DNA of 64,000 nt from a virus. Made by a program: the position numbers and the translations under genes. The stretch lies in the IMG/VR virus record IMGVR_UViG_3300025015_000001, one strand, 5' to 3'. Under the pieces are notes generated by a model. The model saw only the letters and a list, made by a program, of their open reading frames with translations. It ran no database searches and was not told where the DNA came from. Position 1 is the stretch's first letter. Every line of letters starts with the position of its first letter. Positions 10,283-19,650 of this stretch are shown here, one piece after another.

Positions 10283-10426
10283 TATTTGCTCCCTGCTCTT
10301 CCATTTATAGTTTCATATTCTTCATCTGTAAGTGGAGTGTGATCTAAGCACCTACCATCCCTAGCTATGTCAATTTGGTCATGTGCGCTGCAGTACCCTT
10401 CTAAATTATATAGGCAGGCTAATGCC

Positions 10427-10849
10427 TCACATTTTATTGTTGGCATTATATTCTCCTTGCGATAAAAAGAAATTATACATATTGGTTATTAATAAAGTAG
10501 TTTCAAGTGATAAGTTATTTAGATAAAGTAAGTTATCGTATATTACTTTTATAGCCTCTTGTATTGTTAAATATAGCTCGTATCCGTCTTTAATTTTTAA
10601 GGTGTGCCCAGGTAGACCAATTGAGCATCCCGATTCAAAATTTAAATCTTTATCTATAATTGTGAACGGTGTTTTTCCGGAAGGAAGTCTACAGTTGCGT
10701 TGTGTGCATCCTGGGCATTTATATGTCTTAACTATTTTGTATGTGTTACAGTATCTACTTAAATATTTTTTACTTATGCCACCATCTCTATCATACACTA
10801 CATAACCACTTTTATTTACTATATATGATTTTCTTCTAAGCATCATCAT
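10427..10849 (-). CDS. hypothetical protein with shared C-terminal motif
   Basis: CPGC..C; LSLETTLLITNM. Confidence 0.6.
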   Translation of the reverse strand: MMMLRRKSYIVNKSGYVVYDRDGGISKKYLSRYCNTYKIVKTYKCPGCTQRNCRLPSGKTPFTIIDKDLNFESGCSIGLPGHTLKIKDGYELYLTIQEAIKVIYDNLLYLNNLSLETTLLITNMYNFFLSQGEYNANNKM

Positions 10850-10882
10850 AACCTCAATTGTTTTCTAATCTTAGTTATACAT

Positions 10883-11092
10883 CTACAGCTCAGCTTGCCA
10901 GTAATAGCGCCGCTTCGGTTTACCATCCACACCCTCAGGCGGCAGCGGAAACTCCTCATGTTCACCAAGAGCCCAAAGAATCGCCATCCGAAAGCGCGTA
11001 TTCTCTTCTTCCAGTTTCTCAAGAAGGTCGGACAATTCCTCATGTGTTGCTGCCTTCGCGCAAAGTCTTGCCGGTCCCATATCAACCCCCAT
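10883..11092 (-). CDS. cassette ORF, hypothetical
   Basis: 69 aa; starts next to attC 11095. Confidence 0.55.
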   Translation of the reverse strand: MGVDMGPARLCAKAATHEELSDLLEKLEEENTRFRMAILWALGEHEEFPLPPEGVDGKPKRRYYWQAEL

Positions 11093-11094
11093 GT

Positions 11095-11153
11095 ATTTAA
11101 CAACGCCATCAAATCCGACTCGCTACCGCTCGCGGCTTAGCTCCGCGTTAGCT
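11095..11153 (+). other. attC-like site (59 bp)
   Basis: ATTTAAC...CCGAC...CGGCTTAG.CTCCGC.GTTAGCT. Confidence 0.8.
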
Positions 11154-11576
11154 GCTCAGCCAGTTTAATGCTCTATTTTGTCGCCGTTCTTCTTCGTCGC
11201 ACTGCACACAGAGACATTTGCCACACCGAGATGATGCCTCCCTTATCACAACCATATGGGCTTCGGTTTTTCCGCAAGAAAGGCAAGCTAACAAATTGCT
11301 GGAATCAGATTTCGCTTTGCTCAACTGTTCACCTCCACGGTATACTAAAACCCGTTTACAGCATGGACATTTGTCCGTAACGGTCGTGACTCTCCTAACT
11401 CCTGCGCCGATATTGTAGATTGCGAATGGGACACCTTTGCGAGACAGTGCTTCAATGAGCCACTGCATTCCCGCAAGAAATCCAGAGGTTATATCTATTT
11501 CCTGCCCTGTGTCTATTTTCTCTATCATCCGTTTTTTCCAATCAATGCTTATTGTTTTTGCCATACATCCTCCCAA
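11148..11576 (-). CDS. cassette ORF, possibly a fusion of two cassettes
   Basis: stop TAA overlaps R' of attC 11095; degenerate attC in frame at about 11286-11334. Confidence 0.6.
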   Translation of the reverse strand: MGGCMAKTISIDWKKRMIEKIDTGQEIDITSGFLAGMQWLIEALSRKGVPFAIYNIGAGVRRVTTVTDKCPCCKRVLVYRGGEQLSKAKSDSSNLLACLSCGKTEAHMVVIREASSRCGKCLCVQCDEEERRQNRALNWLSS

Positions 11577-11618
11577 CCAATAGCTGAACGGGACAGGCCC
11601 GTTATCTCTGTGTTAAAT
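11571..11618 (+). other. attC-like site (short)
   Basis: TCCCAAC-CAATA-GCTGAAC-GGG..CCC-GTTATC-TCTGT-GTTAAAT. Confidence 0.75.
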
Positions 11619-11752
11619 TGAGACGAGGAATGGAGTCGAACCATCTGAATAGGCCGCCTGATGGTGCAGCCTATTCACTATTCCCTTGTCAATTTTCCAG
11701 TCAGTCATCCCCGACAGGAGGTTTCCCGCAACGCTCGCCTCGCCATAATATT

Positions 11753-11800
11753 TTTTAACCAATCGCTGAACGGGGCAAGCCCGTTAGCTTGCTTTGCTTA
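11753..11800 (+). other. attC-like site, R' degenerate
   Basis: TTTTAAC-CAATC-GCTGAAC...GTTAGC (perfect L pair with extra G); no GTT in R'. Confidence 0.6.
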
Positions 11801-12038
11801 CATCTACCTGGTTGCCCCATTTCCCGCCCATATCCAAGCCGATACTTTCTCCGGCTTCTATTATGGACTTCATGGCGTGATCTGGAAGTTCCAATACCGC
11901 TGTATCTCTCTCATATGAAGTTAAAGGCAACCCTGACATTTCTCGGATACATTTAATAGCATGTCGTAACGCATAGTAGGTTGATTCCAGATTATCAATA
12001 TTAATCTGGATGGTTTTGTTTACTGGATTTATTTTCAA
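11784..12038 (-). CDS. cassette ORF, hypothetical
   Basis: 84 aa with GGAG RBS; lies between two attC-like sites. Confidence 0.7.
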   Translation of the reverse strand: MKINPVNKTIQINIDNLESTYYALRHAIKCIREMSGLPLTSYERDTAVLELPDHAMKSIIEAGESIGLDMGGKWGNQVDVSKAS

Positions 12039-12052
12039 ATTTATCTCCTTTT

Positions 12053-12102
12053 AGCTAACCAGCGGATGGAGCCGACGTTACGGCTCATCCTGGGTGTTAT
12101 GT
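12053..12102 (+). other. attC-like site
   Basis: AGCTAAC-CAGCG-GATGGAG-CCG..CGG-CTCATC-CTGGGT-GTTATGT. Confidence 0.8.
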
Positions 12103-12181
12103 GTGTTTTGTAAGGATGCACATCCCCCTTTAATGCGCCTGTGCAGCTGCATCAGCTTCCACGTCACATCACCTGCCTTTC

Positions 12182-12229
12182 ACATAACCAATAGCTGAAC
12201 GGGACAGGCCCGTTATCTCAGCATTATCA
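12182..12229 (+). other. attC-like site, near copy of 11571
   Basis: 34 bp identical to 11575-11608; R' core reads ATT instead of GTT. Confidence 0.7.
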
Positions 12230-12460
12230 CTTTAAAACTATCGGTGCCCCGTCTTTGTAGAGGCGCGGAGTAATATCTCCGAATAGTCCGGCTTTGACAT
12301 ACTGAATGCCCGTCGCGTGATCGGTATAGACCGACAGGCCGGAACGCTTCCCGAACAGCTTTCCCGGTCTGTAGTCGTCAGTGACGTCATAGGCCCAGCG
12401 AAAATAGTCTCCCGCGAAAGATATGGCAATCAATGCTGCAATGAAAATTAAGAACTTCAT
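12227..12460 (-). CDS. cassette ORF, secreted/membrane-anchored small protein
   Basis: hydrophobic N-terminus MKFLIFIAALIAISFA; TDHATGIQYV motif; GGAGG RBS. Confidence 0.7.
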   Translation of the reverse strand: MKFLIFIAALIAISFAGDYFRWAYDVTDDYRPGKLFGKRSGLSVYTDHATGIQYVKAGLFGDITPRLYKDGAPIVLK

Positions 12461-12728
12461 GTGGTCCTCCATAAAAAAGTGATAACAAGGCTGGTGGTGT
12501 GGGGCACACCTGAACAACCTTTGCGCGAGTCAACATATCACCACCTCTGCATTGCATGGTAGCGGTGCATGGTGCAATCCGGCACTGTAGTCGCACACCC
12601 GGCGGCCAAGAGGGATTGCCCAAAATAGGGCGACCCTCACCTTTACGTTATACAAATAGCTCCTTCTAAATCTTTGTGCTAATTAGTAAATAATCAAATG
12701 CTGATTGTAGCACCATACAAAAGTAGAG

Positions 12729-13493
12729 TCATTTCTTCGCATTAAGTTCCATATCAAATTTTAACTCTACATATTTAGGCTTAAGTTCAGTAAGCAACCC
12801 AGCATCATTTTTAAAATATTTATCTATAGCTTTTCTTACATTCTCCGCACAGTTAAAATTAGTACACTTAACTATATAGTCTTTTATAGCATTTTTAATA
12901 TTTATGATATCAGTATCATTAGTCTTTAGATCAAGCAAAACAATTAATGTCATTTCCGAGAAGGGGCTCCTCTCCTTAGATAGATGACCACATAATATTT
13001 CTTTTTTTCTATTCATAGTATCGTCTGGAACTTTAATATCGAAATGCTTAATACATTGAACAATTTTATCTATATTATAAATATTTCTAGCAAATTTAAA
13101 TTTATCTATTACATACTTATACTCTATTTTATTTTTTATCTTATTAGTCTTCCTATCCAAGACTAAAGGAAAATCAAATATCATAGACCTATATGTGTAC
13201 TCCCAACCTTTATTACTTATAAAAGGGTATTCGCTTCTCCAATGAGACTTTACTATTTTTCTATCTGTTAAATATTTTCTTAATAACATTGCGGCATATG
13301 CCCCATTAAAAGTACCTTTTGGCCACGCCTTTTTGTTAGGATTAATTATAAACTTAGTTTTAGTAATCTTTGCTAGTAAATATTCACAATAATAATACTC
13401 ACCATTCTCTGTTTTATGCCGTCCCGATGCGGCAGTTTGGTGCTTAAAAAATGCAGTCATTACATCACTCATTCTTACTTTTTGCTTTGCCAT
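12729..13493 (-). CDS. hypothetical protein
   Basis: 254-aa ORF in the minus-strand operon. Confidence 0.7.
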   Translation of the reverse strand: MAKQKVRMSDVMTAFFKHQTAASGRHKTENGEYYYCEYLLAKITKTKFIINPNKKAWPKGTFNGAYAAMLLRKYLTDRKIVKSHWRSEYPFISNKGWEYTYRSMIFDFPLVLDRKTNKIKNKIEYKYVIDKFKFARNIYNIDKIVQCIKHFDIKVPDDTMNRKKEILCGHLSKERSPFSEMTLIVLLDLKTNDTDIINIKNAIKDYIVKCTNFNCAENVRKAIDKYFKNDAGLLTELKPKYVELKFDMELNAKK

Positions 13494-13810
13494 TTTACCC
13501 CCAGCTTATTTTTAGCTTCTTCATTCGTTCCTAAGAAAAACTTAGTTTTAGGATTTCTAAAATTATATATTTTATGTCGTAATTTTGTTAACTGGAGGGT
13601 TGTCTCTAAATCTAGGTTCCATTTTGTTGGCAGCTTACTTATGGCATAGTTAAGTATTGCGGACAAGTCTGTTCCATAACACACATGTCTATCGGAACAT
13701 AGTGTAAAGCTATTACCCCCAACGCTCACCAAAGTTAACTTACCAATTTTTATACGCTTTGCTAGATAAGTGACCTCTTCCCACTCTCCTATAGCCTCTA
13801 TACAATTCAT
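13475..13810 (-). CDS. hypothetical protein with shared motif
   Basis: LDLETTLQLTKL. Confidence 0.6.
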   Translation of the reverse strand: MNCIEAIGEWEEVTYLAKRIKIGKLTLVSVGGNSFTLCSDRHVCYGTDLSAILNYAISKLPTKWNLDLETTLQLTKLRHKIYNFRNPKTKFFLGTNEEAKNKLGVKWQSKK

Positions 13811-13819
13811 AGATTACCT

Positions 13820-14521
13820 CTAATTTATAATGACACATCTAATATGAGCAGTTACCTTTTTACTCCAGTCATAGACGTATCTAATGAATGCTTTAGCTAG
13901 TTTTTTATCACCGTTAAATTTAGCAGCCAGGTCATCATGTTTACACCAGTTACCCCCTAAACCAAGAAATGACGCAACTAATATTTTGTTATCACCAGTA
14001 ACAAAACTATCTATATGAATAGATATTTCTTTATAGTTCTTGTTAGTGGCCAACTCTAATGTTCGCGCTAATTTAAATGATGGTTCAGTTTCGCACAGAG
14101 GTAAACAGAGAGTATACATAACTCTGCATGGGATAGGATACGTATTTGGCTGGTAGTCTTTTTCCCTAGTTATCCATACATGCACACCATCAATAATATC
14201 TGGAAACAGATGAAACTCTGTTGGTAATGAATTAATCTTGGCTAGTAATGCTTGTTTAATAGCTTCTTCTTTTTCTGTCTTTATTCTTGCATTTTCCTTG
14301 TACTCTAATACTGCTGGTGATGCCGAGATACTATCGTAGTTCCAATAGTCATTATCTTTAAGTTTAATTATATCCCAATGCTTAAATTTACATATCTTTA
14401 TTAATTTTTCAACATCAGATAATTTTGTGAATCTCAAGTCGCCTCTGTCCATAGTATGATCTATATCTGTAAAATCACAAATCCTATATAAGAACCCATA
14501 TGCACCCTTTGCATCAAACAT
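13820..14521 (-). CDS. hypothetical protein
   Basis: 233-aa ORF with GGAG RBS. Confidence 0.7.
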   Translation of the reverse strand: MFDAKGAYGFLYRICDFTDIDHTMDRGDLRFTKLSDVEKLIKICKFKHWDIIKLKDNDYWNYDSISASPAVLEYKENARIKTEKEEAIKQALLAKINSLPTEFHLFPDIIDGVHVWITREKDYQPNTYPIPCRVMYTLCLPLCETEPSFKLARTLELATNKNYKEISIHIDSFVTGDNKILVASFLGLGGNWCKHDDLAAKFNGDKKLAKAFIRYVYDWSKKVTAHIRCVIIN

Positions 14522-14530
14522 ATTATTCTC

Positions 14531-14764
14531 CTATTTTTCACAATATTCTTTATGTAATTTTTGTAATTGTATTTCTATTTCTAAAGAAATATCCCATCTA
14601 TAACGGTTGTCATATGCAAATTGTATTGCATCTGCTAAAGTACTATAAGTGTTATGTTGTACACCATTAATCATAGGGTGGCCGACTATCATGTTAAATG
14701 CCGAATATGGTGTGCTGAGACTTTCTATAGCTAGTCCAGTAGTCATATCATATAAGTAAATCAT
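14531..14764 (-). CDS. small protein with shared motif
   Basis: YSTLADAIQFAYDN..ISLEIEIQLQKL. Confidence 0.6.
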   Translation of the reverse strand: MIYLYDMTTGLAIESLSTPYSAFNMIVGHPMINGVQHNTYSTLADAIQFAYDNRYRWDISLEIEIQLQKLHKEYCEK

Positions 14765-15687
14765 ATCTGCACCCTTAACTCACTGTCCATACGCTTAGTA
14801 AATAAGATACTTCTAACCACACTATAACTACTCCAAGTATCTTTCTTATTTTTTAATACCATATCTTGGAATGCCATCTTACCTTTAGTATCATTACGCA
14901 GTTCTTCTCCTCTTAAGTTCTGCTGATGGATCTCTGCTCTAAGATTCTTTCTATACTTACGTGGTATATTTAATTTTTCATTTACTACTATACCACATAC
15001 TAATTGTCTCTTAGATCTATGCATTATTTTGGTTTTCTTATGATTAACTTTTAACCCAATCCCAGTAAGTAATTTTTCAGCGTACTTCAAACTGTTAACT
15101 ACATCCTGCTTACTACTACCAGATACAACCAAATCATCTGCATATCTTGTGTAGTCACACTGATAAGTAAAACATTTCCATGCCATTTTCCAATCAATAC
15201 TATACATAATTATATTAGATATAAGAGGAGAAGTGGGGGCTCCTTGTGGTAACCTTTGGTATTTATTATCCTCGAAATCATTAAAACATGTATTCAAAAT
15301 ATTATAATTCTCATTAAATTCTTTTCTAGTCTTTTCGTTTCCTTCGTGGTATAATTTAAAGTTTTTATTTTTACTAAAACTATTGGTTTTGCAAGAAGAC
15401 ACCTCCATAAATATTCTATATTGTATTGACGGAAAGAAGTCCTCAATATCTATGCAACCCACCCATTTCTTCCCTACATGCGGTATTGCCATTGTAACTA
15501 TATTTTTATATGGCTGAAATGCGTGGGCAAATGGTGACACTTTAAATGTCTTTTGTAGTATAGGAATTAAAGCTTGCTGCTTAGCTTTTAGTATTGCATC
15601 TGGGGCTTCTATGATTCTCTCTCCGCCCTTCCTTTTAGGAATTCTGAAAATTGTATAAGACATTTTAGCCCTCCTTACTACTGACAT
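14761..15687 (-). CDS. retron-type reverse transcriptase
   Basis: IPKRKGGERIIEAP, AHAF, NIVTMAIPH (NAxxH-like), IDIEDFFPSI, LPQGAPTSPLISN, YTRYADDL, KVNHKKT, RQLVCGIVVN (VTG-like). Confidence 0.9.
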   Translation of the reverse strand: MSVVRRAKMSYTIFRIPKRKGGERIIEAPDAILKAKQQALIPILQKTFKVSPFAHAFQPYKNIVTMAIPHVGKKWVGCIDIEDFFPSIQYRIFMEVSSCKTNSFSKNKNFKLYHEGNEKTRKEFNENYNILNTCFNDFEDNKYQRLPQGAPTSPLISNIIMYSIDWKMAWKCFTYQCDYTRYADDLVVSGSSKQDVVNSLKYAEKLLTGIGLKVNHKKTKIMHRSKRQLVCGIVVNEKLNIPRKYRKNLRAEIHQQNLRGEELRNDTKGKMAFQDMVLKNKKDTWSSYSVVRSILFTKRMDSELRVQI

Positions 15688-15895
15688 CTATTATGTTAAT
15701 TGCATCCCGAGCTATACGTAACAATTTCAATTCATGTTCTCTACTATATATTTTATCTAGTATAACTCTTTTACATTGTCTAATATTGTCTTCATCCATC
15801 CAATCCACATCAGCGCACTTATTTCTTTTAAGATGCCAGCTATGTTTCCACTCATCTATATCTATTGCATGGAGTACATCATCATGTATTTTCAT
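15665..15895 (-). CDS. hypothetical protein overlapping RT start (candidate retron partner)
   Basis: 76 aa with GGAGG RBS; lies between candidate ncRNA and RT. Confidence 0.6.
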   Translation of the reverse strand: MKIHDDVLHAIDIDEWKHSWHLKRNKCADVDWMDEDNIRQCKRVILDKIYSREHELKLLRIARDAINIIDVSSKEG

Positions 15896-15914
15896 TTTTA
15901 GCCTCCTTTTTTTA

Positions 15915-16024
15915 ATATACTATGCTTACCTAATGTGGTAGATGTTAACTACTAATTTTACTAATACTTATCGAATCAATAAGTAGTGCTATAATTAAAG
16001 CACACGTACCATAGCATTTTATAT
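15915..16024 (-). ncRNA. candidate retron msr-msd
   Basis: terminal inverted repeats ATATAAAATGCT / AGCATAGTATAT (10 of 12 pair) enclosing hairpins GTGCT/AGCAC, TACTTAT/ATAAGTA, TACC/GGTA. Confidence 0.4.
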
Positions 16025-16313
16025 CTGTCCTGCGCCGAGAACGACTCCGATCGTGTTGTTATCTTTTAATTTATTTTCGAGTAGATGAAACATCTACCTC
16101 CAGCACCTTTATAACCATTCTATACTTTTATAGAATTGGCAAGGTTTATTGCATAGACGAGCAAAATACTTGTTAATTGAGCCAAAGAAATCCAGGCGTG
16201 TCGCCTGGATAAATTGTAGTAAATTTTTACATAATATAGCGAACCACTATAGTTGTCACTCAGACAGAGACGCTCAATAATTATTTAATTTGGTATCCCT
16301 TTTCCCAGCTAAT

Positions 16314-16439
16314 TTAGTCTGGGTTTAGAACTTCTAAGTCAAATCCTAGTCTTATTAGTATCTGTTCTAGATACCATTGCTTATGGTGTCCATCATCTGT
16401 GCACAGACCAGCTATTACAATGCCCTTAATAGTCTCCAT
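16314..16439 (-). CDS. 41-aa conserved phage peptide
   Basis: METIKGIVIAGLCTDDGHHKQWYLEQIL; GGAGG RBS; below the ORF-track cutoff. Confidence 0.6.
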   Translation of the reverse strand: METIKGIVIAGLCTDDGHHKQWYLEQILIRLGFDLEVLNPD

Positions 16440-17067
16440 ATTTTCCCTCCATTTATTTTCTAGTTATGCCTATTGACTAATTTTAATGATTCGTAAGCGA
16501 AGCTTTTTGCGGTAGTATCGCAAAACATTAAAATTGTATGTGTTTTCACAAAACTTTTTTGTGTAAAGATAGCGCAGCACTATCCAATTTGAGACGCATA
16601 ACTTACTATTATTTTATTGCACCCACTTTTGATCCTAAGCTTTTAACGAAACGTAGTGTAGTTAAAAGAAGCGGATCAAACAATTAGTAGTATTAAAAGT
16701 ACTTCTCTAATCAGACGAAGCATCTGACCTGTCAATTTTATTGACCATAGACGTGCAATAATATTTCTTACGAAATAAGCAATACAATTAATTAATTTAT
16801 AATTTCTAAAACATCATGACTAAAGAATTTGATCTAATTATTATTATAAGTATCTGAATGTGACAAATTGGAAGTTGTAATTTTTCACAAGAAGATCTTA
16901 TAATAATAATTAGGTTAATATGTTTGTAGTAATTAAATCTTTGCACTTGTTGGCGAAGCACCAACTGCAATTGTTATTGCGAGACTCATGACAGTTTAAT
17001 TTCTGAACTTATTTAAATCAACCCTCGTACCTCTTATATATAAATCGTTATCACAATGATTTGGCAT

Positions 17068-17262
17068 TTAGTTCTCCTGTCTACGTTGTAGCATGTCTTC
17101 TGCTTTATTTATAATTTTAGTATAATATAAATCTTTCTCTAACGATGGTGCGCGCTCCCTGATAAGTATATTTCTGATATGATATAATTGGTTTCTTAGA
17201 TAGATATGCTCTTTCAGAATTACTTCATACTTGTTTAATAGACCATCAATCCTGTTTATCAT
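17068..17262 (-). CDS. hypothetical protein
   Basis: 64-aa ORF co-oriented with neighbours. Confidence 0.45.
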   Translation of the reverse strand: MINRIDGLLNKYEVILKEHIYLRNQLYHIRNILIRERAPSLEKDLYYTKIINKAEDMLQRRQEN

Positions 17263-17620
17263 AATTTTTCATTTTACATTGCGTTTAATATTTTTGTATA
17301 TGCTATAGCTTGTTCTAGCGAGAGATTGGGAATAATCGACTGTAAATTGTGTAGCCAGTATACTTGCCCCATAGTTATATTTTTAGTCTTTAATAACCTA
17401 TCTATAGTTTCTAGCATATGCCACTCCTTTGTAAACATCCTCACATTGTTTTACTAATTTCATAACTATTTTTTACCTCTTAAATTAATTGTATAATAAA
17501 TTAACATCCAGAATAGTAGAGCTGCACACCACCCTACAGCAAATGTATCTAGCCTAATTATTATATAATTAATAGCCTCCATTTTAGCACACTGCTCCTT
17601 ATATTTTAGAAATTCTAAAA

Positions 17621-18913
17621 TCAATCTTCATACATAACCTTCTGCCCGAATGGTATTTCAATATTAGGAGTCTTAGTCAGCCACATGACAGGATACTCCG
17701 GGGCGTCTTCTGGGAATGTTCCGAATAGATCTGTAAAATAAATAAGCGCATCTATTTTAATATCATGCTCTGAGAAGAACATCCCGACTGGTCGGAAATC
17801 CGTTCCTCCCCCTCCCTTAGCTAACCCCTTAAAATCTATCTCATCCCCAGGCAGTACTTCCTGATAGTGGTGCACCGCAGCATCACAAGCTATAAGATGT
17901 AATCTATATGAGGAGAATGAATTACATATAGCATTTACTTCTGAGAATGCTTCTCTTAATTCTTTTTCTCCCATTGAGCCGGAGGTATCAACAGCGAAGC
18001 CTACATTGATAGCCTCACTGTATAATGCTGGACTGAACACCCCTCTATTTAAATTTCTCTTATTAAGTTTTCTCCAACTATAATCATCCTTGGTTTTAGT
18101 TAAAAGAAATTCTGCTAACATCTGCCGCCAATTAATTTTGCTTTCTAATAAATCTCCAACCATTCTTTCTATACCAGCGGGAAGTTTACCCTGACGTTGT
18201 GCACTCTGGGCTGCTTGTGCTACCCATATTTTCCAATCACCATCTAAGCTTCCATCAGATTCATCCTTACCTCCGCCCTCCCCTTGCCCATTCTCTTTGG
18301 TCTTGCCCCTACCCCCACCTTTTCCTTCTTTATCTTTTCCCCATTTAGAATGGTCGTCTGCTATTTTACCTAGTACATTTCCGTCTTGGTCTGTAACATT
18401 ACCATCAGCATCTACGCTACAGAACTTAACCTTATCGCTCTTCATTAAATCATCATAGATATTTTCTGTAGTCCAGTTACCATCTGAATATTTCTTATCA
18501 TAATAATATTTACCAGCCGCTATCTTAGACGGCCTAAAAGTTCCATTCTGCCCTATTTGTGTACAACACATATCAACAACAAAATGATTAACTGTAAACT
18601 CACAGGCTATTCTCCATACTGGTTCTATCTTATGCCTCGACCTTTCTACTCCTCTTTTTCCTGTATGACCCATGAGATTGTGCCCAACTTCGTGAGCAAT
18701 TATTTCTTCTAACAAATCATCATCAATTTTCTCTTCTTGTATTTTTTCTGCATTAAAATATAACGATCTACCATCTGTTGCCATTACTGCTGGTAATGTC
18801 TTGTCTTCCTTTGTAACTAACCTACAGGCCAGCTCCCCAAGGAATGGGTGCCTTAGAAGAAAATTAAACTTGCACTTTCCTATTCTATCCTTTACTGATA
18901 ACTCATTTGCCAT
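17621..18913 (-). CDS. HExxH metallopeptidase-like / vWA domain protein
   Basis: MATDG, AHEVGH, Gly/Lys-rich linker, WRQML, VDTSGSM (MIDAS), CDAAVH, GGGGTDFRP. Confidence 0.88.
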   Translation of the reverse strand: MANELSVKDRIGKCKFNFLLRHPFLGELACRLVTKEDKTLPAVMATDGRSLYFNAEKIQEEKIDDDLLEEIIAHEVGHNLMGHTGKRGVERSRHKIEPVWRIACEFTVNHFVVDMCCTQIGQNGTFRPSKIAAGKYYYDKKYSDGNWTTENIYDDLMKSDKVKFCSVDADGNVTDQDGNVLGKIADDHSKWGKDKEGKGGGRGKTKENGQGEGGGKDESDGSLDGDWKIWVAQAAQSAQRQGKLPAGIERMVGDLLESKINWRQMLAEFLLTKTKDDYSWRKLNKRNLNRGVFSPALYSEAINVGFAVDTSGSMGEKELREAFSEVNAICNSFSSYRLHLIACDAAVHHYQEVLPGDEIDFKGLAKGGGGTDFRPVGMFFSEHDIKIDALIYFTDLFGTFPEDAPEYPVMWLTKTPNIEIPFGQKVMYED

Positions 18914-18925
18914 GATTGTTCTCCT

Positions 18926-19219
18926 TTATTTTAGAAATTCTAAATCTTTTTTAAACCTACTAAGCATTAGCGCATCTTCAAACGTAAGGTAGGGCCACTT
19001 CAATAATCCAAGGATGACAGATTTTAAATTTTGTTTGTGCATAGGAAATTCTGTATCTAGCTCAACTGAGCAGCGATATCTATGCAATCTCTTACCTGTA
19101 CATTTTGCATCGAATGTAAAATTTTCACCTATTATTAAATAATTATAGTAGTGTAAATTCCTACAAAGTTCTCTTGGGCAGTACCTACAATTCTTCCATT
19201 TCTTAATATAGGTTTTCAT
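18926..19219 (-). CDS. hypothetical protein
   Basis: 97 aa; LTFEDALMLSRF motif. Confidence 0.6.
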   Translation of the reverse strand: MKTYIKKWKNCRYCPRELCRNLHYYNYLIIGENFTFDAKCTGKRLHRYRCSVELDTEFPMHKQNLKSVILGLLKWPYLTFEDALMLSRFKKDLEFLK

Positions 19220-19635
19220 TCTGCACTCTCAGGTTTTAGATTTTCTAAATAATTATTTATAAACTCACCTATGCTTTTTCCTTCTATAGATGCTCTATAT
19301 TCTATATCAAATATTTGCCACTTGCCAAGCGAAATATCAAATACATTGCTATGAAATATTACATAGCCCCATTTACACCCATCGTCCCCAGTAAACTCTA
19401 CCGTAGTAGAAGTATTAGGCAGCATTACAGACGACACGAATTGTGCTAGTTCTTTTTCTTCATAATGCTTAGCATAGTACTCTCCCCCGTCAGGATACAT
19501 AGCAAAGCTATCACCATCTTGTCGTACTTCATAATAACTATTTATAGGAGATGAGTTTATTTTATTTTGTAATTCTTCTAAGGAGTATCTACTTTTAAAC
19601 ACTATATCATTTTCCATCGTCGAACAGTATCCCAT
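19216..19635 (-). CDS. hypothetical protein
   Basis: 139 aa with GGAG RBS. Confidence 0.65.
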   Translation of the reverse strand: MGYCSTMENDIVFKSRYSLEELQNKINSSPINSYYEVRQDGDSFAMYPDGGEYYAKHYEEKELAQFVSSVMLPNTSTTVEFTGDDGCKWGYVIFHSNVFDISLGKWQIFDIEYRASIEGKSIGEFINNYLENLKPESAE

Positions 19636-19650
19636 GCCTACCCTCCCACT

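Larger units (their letters stand above)
10883..12620. mobile_element. GC-rich attC-delimited cassette array 1
   Basis: abrupt GC rise; five attC-like sites plus partial sites separating short minus-strand ORFs. Confidence 0.8.

Noticed and set aside
14761-15687. RT as DGR or group II intron enzyme
   Set aside because: No template/variable repeat pair or avd-like gene noticed; no maturase domain or intron domain V; motifs fit retron RTs better.
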